From assembly GCA_025594325.1 (NCBI GenBank), contig JANHCV010000017.1, forward strand, positions 1 to 64,000: a stretch of 64,000 nt of DNA, in the 5' to 3' direction. Below are positions 28,274 through 38,728 of this stretch, piece after piece. A program made the position numbers and the translations under genes. Below the pieces are notes generated by a model. The model was not told the origin of the DNA. It ran no database searches and worked only from the letters and a program-made list of their open reading frames with translations. Numbering within the stretch: the first letter of the stretch is position 1; each line of letters begins with the position of its first letter. The stretch is from Blastocladiella emersonii ATCC 22665. Its lineage: Eukaryota > Fungi > Blastocladiomycota.

Positions 28274-29971
28274 TCAGTCGACATCAATCTCGTCCTCGAC
28301 GTCGACATCGACATCGACACGAGGCAAGGGGAGCCGCGCAGAGCTCGTTGAAAGGTCCGACAGGAGCTCCAGGCCCCCAGTGCGCGATGCCACAGCGGCA
28401 GCGGCCGCGGCCGCAGCAGCAGCAGCCGCCTCCGGGCCCAGCGGGCGGACCGGCGAGCCGAGCGGGATGGAGCTGCCGCTGGCGCTGCCGTGGAACGAGC
28501 TGGGGCGCGAGGAGGGGTAATGCTCAGAAGCAGCGTCGCCGCCCGAGAGGAGCGGGGACCGAGGGACAACGATCCCGGGCGCGGGCGCGCGTCCGTTGAT
28601 GCCCGAATGCGGAAGAGGGCGTGCGTTGGTCTCGGCCCCCGCGGCGCTCGACTGCCGCGGCGCCGCGGTCCCCGACGAGGACGCTTCGGTCGACAACGGA
28701 CCAAAGTGGCCGCCCGGCGCGGAAGCGGTCATGAGATGCTCAATCTGCTGCTCAAAGGGTGCGAGGAGCGCCGTCTGGCCGAGCGCAGTGAGGGCGGCCA
28801 CGACACCCGAGCGAAAGCTCGGGAGGTGCAAGTCGTTGCCGACGGGGACCACGAGCAGGCCGAGCTGTTGTGGCGGTTGGTGGTGGTGGTGGTGGTGGCG
28901 GGCGTAGCCGTCACGGCTGGTACTGCGGCTGCGGCTGCGGCTGCGGCTGCGGCTATGGTCCCAGTCGTACACGGATTCCCGGCCACGGCCGCGGCCGGAC
29001 GGTCGGTCGCGGGACCGGGCGGAAGAGAGCGGGCGGGAGCCGGCCTCGCTGTGACCGCGCGAATGCGGCGGGCGCGAGCTCGGCGGACGACGGCGGTGCT
29101 GCTCCGTGTCGAGCTCATCATCGGGTCCGGGCTCGCGGTCGTGCGGCGCAATCGAGAAGGGGTGCGCGCGCGCGGAAAGAGGCCCACCCAAGTCGGGACG
29201 GTCGAGGCCGGCGTCGGCGCCGGCGTCCGAGCCGCTGGCGAGCTCGTCCGGCTCCTCCAGCTCGACATCCACGTCAACTACCACTTGACGAGCCGGCCGA
29301 CCAGCCGGTGTGGCACCCTGGGCAGGGCGGCCGGCAGATCGGTTGGACGCGGTAGATGCGGGACGACTGCGCGTGGAAACGGTTTGCGCGAGCGCCGCGG
29401 CCTTGGACTTTGGCTTGGGCTTGGACTTGGGCCTGGCCTTGGCCTTGCGCACAACCGGCGCCTGCGCAGCGGCGGCCGGAGTCGGCGCGGGCGCGGGCGT
29501 CGAGCGCGTCGGCCGGATGCGCGAGGCGGGCCCCGCGCCGGCCGCCGGCTTGGAGCGGGAGGGAGCGGCGGGCGCAGTGGCATTGGGCAGCGCGGCGCGG
29601 CGGTCGGCGTCGAGGATGGCGGTGGCGGCGTCGAGGGCCTTGAAGACGTCGCGGCGCATGATGGGGGTGCGCTTGTCGACGCCGAGGTACTCGCGCTGGG
29701 CGGCATCGGACAGGCCGAGGAAGGTGTCGGGGTCGACGGCGATGAGGGCGGCGAGGCGCTTGTGGTCGTTGTGCAGCTTGCGCAGCTTGCGGGCGATGGC
29801 GGGCGCGTCGCGGGCGGGCAGGGCGCCGTCGGCGGAGGCGGCGAGGGCGGCGCACACGGCCTCGGCAACGTGCATGTCGCCGTGCGCGGTGCGGGCGGGG
29901 TCGCGCAGCACGGCCAGGTACGCCTCGGCCAGGCGGGCCACCTCGCCCTCGGTCCAGGTGTTGCGCGGCAT
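28274..29971 (-). CDS. Hypothetical protein with N-terminal Myb/SANT-like (trihelix-type) helix bundle and low-complexity tail
   Basis: NTWTEGEVARLAEAY...VAEAV...RDAPAIARKLRKL pattern; the remainder is S/R/P/A-rich. Confidence 0.5.
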   Translation of the reverse strand: MPRNTWTEGEVARLAEAYLAVLRDPARTAHGDMHVAEAVCAALAASADGALPARDAPAIARKLRKLHNDHKRLAALIAVDPDTFLGLSDAAQREYLGVDKRTPIMRRDVFKALDAATAILDADRRAALPNATAPAAPSRSKPAAGAGPASRIRPTRSTPAPAPTPAAAAQAPVVRKAKARPKSKPKPKSKAAALAQTVSTRSRPASTASNRSAGRPAQGATPAGRPARQVVVDVDVELEEPDELASGSDAGADAGLDRPDLGGPLSARAHPFSIAPHDREPGPDDELDTEQHRRRPPSSRPPHSRGHSEAGSRPLSSARSRDRPSGRGRGRESVYDWDHSRSRSRSRSRSTSRDGYARHHHHHHQPPQQLGLLVVPVGNDLHLPSFRSGVVAALTALGQTALLAPFEQQIEHLMTASAPGGHFGPLSTEASSSGTAAPRQSSAAGAETNARPLPHSGINGRAPAPGIVVPRSPLLSGGDAASEHYPSSRPSSFHGSASGSSIPLGSPVRPLGPEAAAAAAAAAAAAVASRTGGLELLSDLSTSSARLPLPRVDVDVDVEDEIDVD

Positions 29972-30601
29972 GGCGGTGCGTGGATGGCGGCGCGCGCTCA
30001 GCGTTGCATGGAGTGCGGGTCGGGTTCCGGCGGGGTCTGGCCGGCGCGCGGGAGATGTGATGGGAGCGGGAGCGGCAGCGGGGGCGGCCTGGGGGGGGGG
30101 AGCCGCACCGCGCCGGCAATCGCCGGGCCAATGCCGAAATGCAGCCGCCACGTGCCGCCGGCGTGATGTCGCAGACGCGTCTCGCAGCACGCGTCTCGCA
30201 CGCGCCTCGAGACGCGACGCCGCCCCCCACCCCCCACCGCGCTGCCGCCGCCGCTGTTCTGGGACGCCGCGGGCGGCACCAACGCCCGCCGCGGCCCGCC
30301 CGCCTGCCGGCACCCTCCTACCTGCCGAATCGGGCAAGAATTTGCCCCGCCACCCCGCTCGCGATGCAGTGCTGCCCACACATGGCCCGCCCGCCCTCTC
30401 TCCTGCCCGCCACCAAGCCGCATGACTGCGCCCATGTACTCGCTTCCGCGCCGTGGCCCCGCTCGCCGCTGCCCCGCCGCCGCCGCACACACGCACTCTT
30501 GCTCGCCGGCCCTGCTTCGGGCCAGTGTGTAAGCCGCACACCGCCTTCCTCCCGGGCGGGCCCGCACGCGGCGCCTCGCCGCCATCCCCCGGCCGTCGAC
30601 C

Positions 30602-32830
30602 ATGGCGGACCGTCACCACCTGCCGCTCGCCCGCGCCCCGCGATCGCGGACGGGGAGCAGCAGTACTTCTTCGCCCACCCCGCCGGGCTGTCCACCATCC
30701 TCGCTGCGCCGGAGCCTCGATCCGACCATTGGCGCTGCTGCCACGTCGCATGCGCCCGCCGCCATGGGACCCGAGACCCTGGCCAACGTCCTTGGTGGGT
30801 TCCAGCACGCGCAGCCGTCGCCAGTCTCCCGCGCGGGCTCCCACACGTCTTCGAGCACCGGCAGCTCGCGGCGGTCTTCGTGCTCGTCGTCCAATGAGAG
30901 CCACCACTCCATGTACCAGCACCAGGAGCCGCAGCAGCTACAGCAGCAACAGCAGCAGAAGCCCCTCCACCGCGCGCGCGGCCACCTCGAGCCCATTTAC
31001 ACTGGTTCGACCACCGCTCGCCCGCAGCTGCGCGACGAGCCCGAGGTCTCGCACGCCGCCTCGACCAACGTGGCCCTCTCAGCCGACGGGCAGCCCGCAA
31101 TGGTGCCCATGTGGATCTTTGAGGCCGGCACCGCCTCGGATCACCTGCGCTCGCCCACCGACGACGTGCTCATGTCGCGCGCCTCCATTGACACGGCGCT
31201 CGGAAACCGCCCGCGTCGCCGCCGCGATAGTGTCGATGAGGGGTCCTCGGCCGGAAACAGTGGTGTCCACGGTGGCAACAGCACCGGGTGCGAGCTCAAC
31301 CCTGACGATTCTTCGTCGGACGAGGAGGCTCTCGCCGAACCCGACCTCCCGCTCCCCGCCGCCGGGGGCGTCACGCCCAACGGCCACCGCATCATCGGCC
31401 TGTGCCCCTTCCGGCAGCGCGGAATGATGTCGCTCGACGCTCAGCTGCGTATGCATGCCTGGTCCGACCGCGTCCGCACCGTCGTGTCTTTTGGCCGCTC
31501 GAGCTCCACGAACCGCGTCACCGTCGTCCCAACGTCCGCTACTGGTTCAGCGCCGGTCGCCGCCACCCGCGAAACGGCGTCGCTTCCCTCGCTCACCAAC
31601 AAGGGATCCGCCAGCATCACCTCCGCCCCTTCGTCTCCGAGCCCGCTGCGACGCTCGGCCAAGCCGGCATCCCTACCGGTGCTCCGCAGCACACTCAAGC
31701 CCTTCGACGCGGGCAACGTGCGCATCTACCACTACGCGCCGCTGACCCTCGCCGATGCCATGGCCTCGACGCGCGACCCGCGCCTGCTTCTCCCGCGCGG
31801 GCGCGCCGCCAAGAGCCCCGCTCTTGCGCTCTCCATGGCGCCCGAGATGTTCCAGCAGCCGTGGACCTACACCCAGATGATCTACGCCGTGCGCGCCCCC
31901 GTCGACTCGCCCATCGCGTGGCTCGGCGCCGTCCTCGACGTCAACACGATCCCTGGCGGCATGGCGCTCGATCTCGTCACCCGTTGGAACGCGTACGGTC
32001 CCGCGGGCGTCTCCACCTTCGCCACCGAGCTCGGCGATGAGTGCGGGCTCGCAACGGCAAAGGATCTCGAGATTGACTCAGGGCTCGACCTCGCCGAGGG
32101 CCGCCGGTCGCCGTTCCCCGCCTCGCTGTCGCCATGGCCGTCGTCGGGCGTCCCGCTCGCATCGCTCTCCAGTGACGGGAGCGGGAGTTCAAGCGGGAGC
32201 GCGTACACGAGCGCAACCAACGTTGCTGCCGCGGCTGCGGCTGGCGTCTCGACACCCGCGCTGCGCAAGTCGGTCTCGTTTGCGCCGACCCTCATCACGG
32301 CCGTCGCAGTGATCCCGGCCGAGAACAAGGGGAAACACGTCAAGCGCACGCTGCGCGACAATCCGTATGTCCTAGCCTCGCCCGACGACGCAATCCCCAC
32401 CTCCAGCCGTTCCCACCGCGTCTTCTCCTTGAAGCCCGTCCCGCGCGGCGCCCACGCCGCCGATACCGTCGGGATCCCGGCCGACTGGATCGACGCGGCC
32501 GAGGAAGCGGTCGCGGACGCGGACCTCGTCGAGCCGCGCCTCGACATGTCGCACCTCGCGCACGCGCGCCGCTCCCGCCGCGTGTGGGTCGTTGCATCGT
32601 CGTCATCGGTCGTAGGCGGTGGCACGCGCGACGACGGCGAGCTGCCGTGCTTACGGTGCGCACAGCGACACCGGCCAGATCAGTGTCCCGCCGCCACCTC
32701 GTCGCCGCGCGAGGGCAACGGCGGAGGCGGCGGCGGGGTCCTCCAGCGATTCTACGACTCAGCGCGCAATTTGTGGTCATCGGGCGGGTCACAGCACGCG
32801 CTGTCAGCGGGCGTCGGTCATGGCCACTGA
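30602..32830 (+). CDS. Hypothetical Ser/Thr-rich protein (up to 742 aa)
   Basis: Long ORF with host-like codon usage; no family recognised. Confidence 0.55.
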   Translation: MADRHHLPLARAPRSRTGSSSTSSPTPPGCPPSSLRRSLDPTIGAAATSHAPAAMGPETLANVLGGFQHAQPSPVSRAGSHTSSSTGSSRRSSCSSSNESHHSMYQHQEPQQLQQQQQQKPLHRARGHLEPIYTGSTTARPQLRDEPEVSHAASTNVALSADGQPAMVPMWIFEAGTASDHLRSPTDDVLMSRASIDTALGNRPRRRRDSVDEGSSAGNSGVHGGNSTGCELNPDDSSSDEEALAEPDLPLPAAGGVTPNGHRIIGLCPFRQRGMMSLDAQLRMHAWSDRVRTVVSFGRSSSTNRVTVVPTSATGSAPVAATRETASLPSLTNKGSASITSAPSSPSPLRRSAKPASLPVLRSTLKPFDAGNVRIYHYAPLTLADAMASTRDPRLLLPRGRAAKSPALALSMAPEMFQQPWTYTQMIYAVRAPVDSPIAWLGAVLDVNTIPGGMALDLVTRWNAYGPAGVSTFATELGDECGLATAKDLEIDSGLDLAEGRRSPFPASLSPWPSSGVPLASLSSDGSGSSSGSAYTSATNVAAAAAAGVSTPALRKSVSFAPTLITAVAVIPAENKGKHVKRTLRDNPYVLASPDDAIPTSSRSHRVFSLKPVPRGAHAADTVGIPADWIDAAEEAVADADLVEPRLDMSHLAHARRSRRVWVVASSSSVVGGGTRDDGELPCLRCAQRHRPDQCPAATSSPREGNGGGGGGVLQRFYDSARNLWSSGGSQHALSAGVGHGH

Positions 32831-33027
32831 CCGCGACCGCCGTCGGTGGGCGGCTTCGTCTCTTCTCTCGCGACTTGTGTGCGCGATGCGATGCGATTTT
32901 TGAATGACGTGCTGACGGTCCACTTTTCTTCTCTCCAACCCAACTTCATTTTACTGGCACGGCACGCACGCACGCACGCACGTACGGAATACATGTATGG
33001 TTCTCACCGCCTCACCTCCTGACATCC

Positions 33028-34902
33028 TCACCACTTGACGGCCGCCGAGACATCGTTGGTCCCAGCTGTGAAGGCCGACTCCCACTTGCTCGCAGCTGGA
33101 TCTTTGGCGGACGTCTCCGTGGCGGCGGCGGACAGTGCGACGTCGGCGCCCGTCGCGGAGGTTGGCGCCGGGGTAATGATGGACACGGGCGCCGGCGGAG
33201 CGTGGAGGGCGATTTCGGCGGCGACGCGAGCGCCGTGCTCGGCAAACGCCGACTTGCGCAGGATCAGCGGCAGGTTTTTGCCCGAGAGGAACAGCTTGTG
33301 AGCCCACTCGTCGGCGTCGGCGGGAGCGAGTGTGGCACGGTCGGCGGGGAGAGCGACCCAGTTGCACTGTACGTAGTGGGCGAAGATGAACCCGGTCATG
33401 AAGGCGTCGACGTGGCCCGAGTGCGCCGAGGCGGCAGGGGACGGGGGCAAGGCCGGGGCGGCGAGTGCCGGCGACGCGGGCGAGTCGGCATCGAGGAGGA
33501 AGTTTGGGCGCGAGGCAAGCGGGTAAGTCGCAGGCGCCAAAGGGGAGGCGGCGGGCGTCGCGGCGGCGACCGCGGAAGTAGCGACCATGGCCTCCTCGTC
33601 GGTGAGAAGGGCGATTTCGCCCTCGCTGCTTGGCTGTGCTGGAGCAGGTACAGCGTGAGAATTTCCGTCCTCGTTGGTGCGCGCGCGCTTGTCGGGGAGC
33701 GACTCGGTGCGAACACCGGGGAGTTTGCGCTTGCGCCCATTGTTGTTCCCGCCCACGGAGGACGACGGCGCCGAGCTAAACTTGTCGAGGTGCGTCGTGT
33801 CCTGCAGCGCCAGCACAGCGGCAATGTCGTGGGCAACGGCGGCGGCGGACCGGTACTCGCCACCCGAGCGCTGGAAGTAAGCGTCGAGAAGCACGTCGAG
33901 GTCGTGTGTGTACCCGCACTGCAGGTCGCGGCGGCAGTGGCCGCGCTTCACCAGGTCGGGACACTGGTTCGGGCTGCGCGTCATCCACGCAGGCTGCTGC
34001 GCATCCGCGGGTGCATGTGCCCGGTCAGCGGCAGCGGAGTCCGTGACGAGCTGCGGGAAGGTGACGGAGAAGTGGGGTCGGCCGCGGCGGGCAAGCGTGT
34101 CCTGGGTGCGCTCGGCCTTGCGGAACAGGTAGGCGAGGGCGGTGCGGTTCTCGGATTCCTTGCACTCGCCAACGAGCTTGGTGTCGTAGATGCCGCGCGG
34201 GAAGAGGTGAGCGAGGTCCGCGATGAACGAGTCGACCTTGGGCGGGAGGGCGTCGAAGAAGCCGTGGTAGAGGAAGGCGAGGTCAAGCAAGCCGTTGTGG
34301 GTGACGAGGCGCGTGGTGCGCAGGGCGGCGAAGATGCGGCGCAGGTTGGCCGTGTCGGCGTGGACGCGGCGCAGCGAGTCGAGCGAGCCGGGCACGTAGC
34401 GCGCGCCGTACAGGGCCTGGCGCTGGAAGTCGAAACCCGTCTGGGCGAGGAAGACGAGCGACTTTGAGCTGACCTTGTAGGACCCGTCGCGGCGCAGCAG
34501 GATGTCGAAGAGCGAGGCGGACCACGTCACGGAGGAGGGGGCGGCAGACGCGTCGGTGGCGGCACTGCCGGCGGGAGCAGCGCGCGAGAAGCAGGCGAGA
34601 CCAATGGACAGGATGCCGTAGTCGGAGACGTTGCGCACAATGGCGTCGTAGCGCTCCTGCATGTCGCTGGCGCGCAGGTTGTCGCCGAGGCCCGAGAACT
34701 CGAGGTCGATGGCGACGAAGTCGGAGGCGGAGATGGCGGCCACGATGCCGTCGGCGGCGGCGGCAAGGTTAAGCGCCGTGACCTCGGCGTGGCCGAGGCG
34801 GCGCAGGCACGACGGCGGGTAGTCGTACTCGCGCCCGGTCCCGCGCGCGGGCTCCGATCCGCTGGCCGCCGGCTGGTGATCCATGTGCTGCGTGTCCGCC
34901 AT
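33028..34902 (-). CDS. TOE1: CAF1-family DEDD deadenylase with CCCH zinc finger (TOE1-like)
   Basis: FVAIDLEFSGLG, VTHNGLLDLAFLY, YDTK, CPDLVKRGHCRRDLQCGYTHDLD, AHSGHVDAFMTG, KLFLSGKNLPL. Confidence 0.85.
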   Translation of the reverse strand: MADTQHMDHQPAASGSEPARGTGREYDYPPSCLRRLGHAEVTALNLAAAADGIVAAISASDFVAIDLEFSGLGDNLRASDMQERYDAIVRNVSDYGILSIGLACFSRAAPAGSAATDASAAPSSVTWSASLFDILLRRDGSYKVSSKSLVFLAQTGFDFQRQALYGARYVPGSLDSLRRVHADTANLRRIFAALRTTRLVTHNGLLDLAFLYHGFFDALPPKVDSFIADLAHLFPRGIYDTKLVGECKESENRTALAYLFRKAERTQDTLARRGRPHFSVTFPQLVTDSAAADRAHAPADAQQPAWMTRSPNQCPDLVKRGHCRRDLQCGYTHDLDVLLDAYFQRSGGEYRSAAAVAHDIAAVLALQDTTHLDKFSSAPSSSVGGNNNGRKRKLPGVRTESLPDKRARTNEDGNSHAVPAPAQPSSEGEIALLTDEEAMVATSAVAAATPAASPLAPATYPLASRPNFLLDADSPASPALAAPALPPSPAASAHSGHVDAFMTGFIFAHYVQCNWVALPADRATLAPADADEWAHKLFLSGKNLPLILRKSAFAEHGARVAAEIALHAPPAPVSIITPAPTSATGADVALSAAATETSAKDPAASKWESAFTAGTNDVSAAVKW

Positions 34903-35131
34903 GGCGTGCGGTCCGTGATCTACTATTCGCTGTGCGGTATCCCGTGTGCCAGCGTCGCCGCGAACGGGAGGGCGCGGCAGGCGGGCGGCGACGCGTGTTG
35001 CGCGCATCACGTGGCGGCGGGGTGGCACGTCGCCGCGCGTCGCATGAGTCGCTGGCCATGCCCGCCCGCTCTCTCTCTCCCTCTTGCTACAATTAAAATG
35101 CATCGGATGAACCCTGGCACTTGAGCTTACC

Positions 35132-36483
35132 ATGTGTGGCCGCATCGCCCTCAACGTCAACCCGCTCGTCGTCAACCAGCGGACCGGCCTGCGCGACTGG
35201 TGCGACTCCCTCCCCTGCTCTCTCCGCCAGCGAGCGCCACCAACGCGGCCCCCAATGAGCCTCGCTTAGGGTCGGCCAGGAGCGGTATCGCGCATCGACC
35301 AACGTAGCGCCGACACGGTACCAGCCCGTTGTCGTTGCGCGCCAGCAGCTCGCCCTGCTCCCGTCCGATCCGGCCCCGGGACTCGCGGAGCACCAGCACC
35401 AGCACCACCACCAGGATGCACCGGTAAGCCCAGCAGCGCGCCAGTCGCCCGCCAAGCTGGCCGCACCCGCCCCACCAGGGACCGATCCCGACGTGGACCC
35501 GTCTGCGTGCCCGCCGCTGTTCGCGCCAGCCGAGCAGGACGCGTACCTGCTGTACTCAATGAAGTGGGGGCTCGTCACCACGAGTGCCCTCAAGCGTGGC
35601 GGCCCGCAGCCCATCAACGCGCGGGACGACTCGCTCCGCGACCGCGATCCCAAGGCCATGTTTGCACCGCTGCGGCACCGCCACCGGTGTGTGGTCATTG
35701 CGCAGGGGTACGCGCTCCGCACGGCAAACTCACTGCCCGCACCCCGCTCCAACTCGAACTCGGACTCACGCGCGCCACCCCGCACCTAGGTTCTTTGAGT
35801 GGGTCCGCGAGGGCAAGTCGCGGCACGCATACTACGTTCATCGCACCGACCGCCAGTTTCTCGCCATGGCGGGCCTCTTCACATCGGCGCAGGCGCACCC
35901 CGGCGCCCCGTGGATCCACAGCTTCACCGTTGTAACGTGCGAGAACGCGCCTTCTTTGTCGTTCCTGCACGACCGCATGCCCGTCCTGCTTGACGCCGCC
36001 GGTATTCGAACCTGGCTCGACCCGTCGCGCAACGCGTGGGACAAGGATCTCGAAGCGCTGCTTGTCTCGCAAGACAACGGGCTCGAGTGCTTTGAAGTCG
36101 ATCCGCGTGTTGGCAAGGCCGGCGTGGAGGACCCGGCCTTTCTCGTCCCCTACGCCAAGCCCGCGCCCACCGTCCCGCCGCTTCTACGCATGTTTGCGGC
36201 TGCCAGCAGTAAGGCTCAATCGGCGCACGCTTCTACATCGACGCTTAAGCGGCACGGCGGTGGCGACGCGGACGAGCCTCGTCGCGACCTCCCCAAGCGA
36301 GCGCGACGCAGCCCTCCTCCATCACCGCCTCGACCGGCGCCGCCCTCGCCCGCACGTGAACTGGCTCGTGGCGCGCCCCTTGGTCCCGCCGCCGTGGACG
36401 ACGCGTCCGAGTCCGACTCCGACTCGGTGTACGTCGTGGTCGAGTACGAGGACGCCGACGCGGGGGGACTCACTGGCGCGTGA
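35132..36483 (+). CDS. HMCES: SRAP-domain abasic-site-binding protein (HMCES/YedK family), 3 exons
   Basis: MCGR start (catalytic Cys2). Intron 35200-35269 restores WVGQERYRASTNVAPT. MKWGL, INAR, RCVV, then intron ~35708-35789, FFEW, SFTVVT, HDRMPVLL. Confidence 0.92.
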
Positions 36484-36582
36484 AGCGCCGCCGGAGCCGT
36501 CAGCGCGCGGCCCGCGCTCCCCCTTCGCCCGCGATTCTCGACGAGCAATACATGTAACTGCCTGCAAACTGCCCCGCTCACC

Positions 36583-37536
36583 ATGCCACCAAAGACTCGC
36601 TCGCGCCGCACGCCGGCAGCTGTCAAGGCGGAGCCCGGCACGACCGTGAAGCTCGAGCCCGTGGCCACCGCCGTCAGCCCCGACCATGAAGGTGACTCCG
36701 TGCCAACTCTCACCGCCATCAAGCAGGAGGGCAGACGCAGGGTGAAGCGCGAACCCAGCGCCACCGCGGCAAGTACTCCAACAACGAAGGAGGTGCTCGC
36801 CACGCCGCAGTCCCTCGCCGAGCGGCTCCCGGCCGAGTCGTGGATCGCCGCGTTCGAGTACCTCGCGCCGGCGTCGTCGGTCGGGCACCTGCTCCTTCTC
36901 CGCGGCGTGTGCCGGCAGTGGCGCGACCTGATTGAGACGCAGCTGGACCGCCGCGTCTTCGCGCCGTACCTGCACGCGCACGGCATCACCAAGCTGCTCG
37001 GCGCCGGGTTCCGGCTCAAGTCGGGCAACCCGAGCAAGCGCAAGCCCAAGTTCATGCACCCGGACGCGCTGCTGCCGAGCGCTGCCTTCAACACGGTCCT
37101 CAAGCACGTCGCGCGCTACTGCATGTTGTGCTCTCACAAGTTCATGCCCAAGCACCTCCGCGTCTGGGGCCCGTCGTTTGCGCTCACTTGCGTCGCATGC
37201 CGTGTCACCCAGGTCCTGGCGTCGGACCATCCCGGCACGCCCATCGCTCTGGGCGACGCCTACGAGCAGATGCCCGGGTGCAGCGACTCGGAGCTGCCGC
37301 GCAAGGCGGTCCAGAAGCTCCTCGGCATCCCGGACGCAGCGATGCCGCTCATGCCGTATCGCCACGAGTACAACCCGCACAACCCGTACTACGCCCCAGT
37401 CAAGGTGTACGATCTCGATCTCGTGGGCAAGGTCCTGTACGCGGTGACGGGGAAGGCGGATCCGGTCGTGCTCGGTGCAGCGGATGAAGACGCTGACGAC
37501 TGCGGATCAGCAGGGGAGGAGGAAGAGGACGAGTAG
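36583..37536 (+). CDS. F-box protein with XPA/Rad14-like C4 zinc finger and XPA-C-like motif (317 aa)
   Basis: F-box LPAESWIAAFEYL..LRGVCRQWRDLI; CMLC-SHKFMPKHL..FALT-CVAC; LMPYRHEYNPHNPYYAPVKVY..VGKVLYAVTG. Confidence 0.6.
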   Translation: MPPKTRSRRTPAAVKAEPGTTVKLEPVATAVSPDHEGDSVPTLTAIKQEGRRRVKREPSATAASTPTTKEVLATPQSLAERLPAESWIAAFEYLAPASSVGHLLLLRGVCRQWRDLIETQLDRRVFAPYLHAHGITKLLGAGFRLKSGNPSKRKPKFMHPDALLPSAAFNTVLKHVARYCMLCSHKFMPKHLRVWGPSFALTCVACRVTQVLASDHPGTPIALGDAYEQMPGCSDSELPRKAVQKLLGIPDAAMPLMPYRHEYNPHNPYYAPVKVYDLDLVGKVLYAVTGKADPVVLGAADEDADDCGSAGEEEEDE

Positions 37537-37572
37537 CGACGCTGTTATTCACTAAATAAACTCGAGTATCAA

Positions 37573-38553
37573 TCACACGGACGCGATCCCGTCGACGGCC
37601 GCGCGGGGATTCACGCGGAACCGGACCGACTTGAACACGGCCGCGTCCGTCGCGAGCGGGTCGGGCTTCTTGACCAGCGGGCGCATGCAGCTCCGCGGCG
37701 GGAGCGGCTTCACGAGCGTCGCCACGACGGCGGTGGGAGGCGGGGTAGTCGGGGCGACGCGGGGTCCTGGAACGGGAGCTGGAGGAGCTGGAGCAGGAGC
37801 TGGAGCAGGAGCAGGAGCAAAAGCCAGACCCGAGCCGTGTTCCCGTAGGTACTCGAGCTGCCGCAGCTCGCGCGTCAGGGTGGCGAGCGGGAGACCGAGC
37901 TCGGCAAGGGTGTGGTGCAGCGGGACGCAAACAAGCGGCGTCGCCTGCGGTTTTGGCGGGGAGCCAGCGAGGGCGACGAGTGGCGGGTGCTCGCGCACCA
38001 CGGGTGCCGCAGGCAGCGGCGGTGCGAGGGGCAAGGTGTCGCGCTTCGACTTGGCCGCGGGGACGGGAACAGCGGGAGGTGGTGGCGAGGGCGACAGGCG
38101 CGAGCCGGCTCGCGCGCGCAGCCCTTGCGCGAGCGTGTCGGGAGGGCGGTGCCCGGCGCCCGGGCGGCGGGGCGGGGCGTGGTGGCGGTGCGTGAGCTGG
38201 CCGGGCAGGAGCGCGAGGGTGTGTGCGAGTTCCTGGCGCATCAGGTCGAGCGACAGGTGGGCGGAGCGCTCCGTAACGAGCGGGGCGGCGAGATCGGCCG
38301 GCTCGACCGAGAAGCGCAGGTAGTGGTGCAAGCGTGCGGGCCGCGACCACGGCGGGTTCGTCGAGGGCGGCGTGGTGCGCCGGACCAGCGCCGGCGACGA
38401 AGACGGCGGGCGGCGGTGCAGCGGGGACGGCGCGGCGGGGTGCAGCGGGAAGGACAGGACGGCGAGCGGCTGCCGCACGCGGTGCGCCGGCGGCGCCGTG
38501 GATGGCGGCGGCGGTATCATGGCGAGGCCGAGCGAGGTTGGTCGCGGCGTCAA
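37573..38553 (-). CDS. Hypothetical Pro-rich protein
   Basis: Open frame, low complexity; start uncertain. Confidence 0.35.
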   Translation of the reverse strand: MTPRPTSLGLAMIPPPPSTAPPAHRVRQPLAVLSFPLHPAAPSPLHRRPPSSSPALVRRTTPPSTNPPWSRPARLHHYLRFSVEPADLAAPLVTERSAHLSLDLMRQELAHTLALLPGQLTHRHHAPPRRPGAGHRPPDTLAQGLRARAGSRLSPSPPPPAVPVPAAKSKRDTLPLAPPLPAAPVVREHPPLVALAGSPPKPQATPLVCVPLHHTLAELGLPLATLTRELRQLEYLREHGSGLAFAPAPAPAPAPAPPAPVPGPRVAPTTPPPTAVVATLVKPLPPRSCMRPLVKKPDPLATDAAVFKSVRFRVNPRAAVDGIASV

Positions 38554-38728
38554 GGGCAGCAGGGGTCCCTGTGCCCGTGTGCGGGCCCTGCGCAGGGCCC
38601 TGCGTCGAGCGGTTCATGATTGCATTCATAGGTATAGGTGGTTCGGTGGGAGATGGGAGAGGGGGAGCGCTTCCTGCTCCTCCCCCTGCTCCTCCCCCTG
38701 CTCCTCCCCAACGCCGAGCACGGATCCA

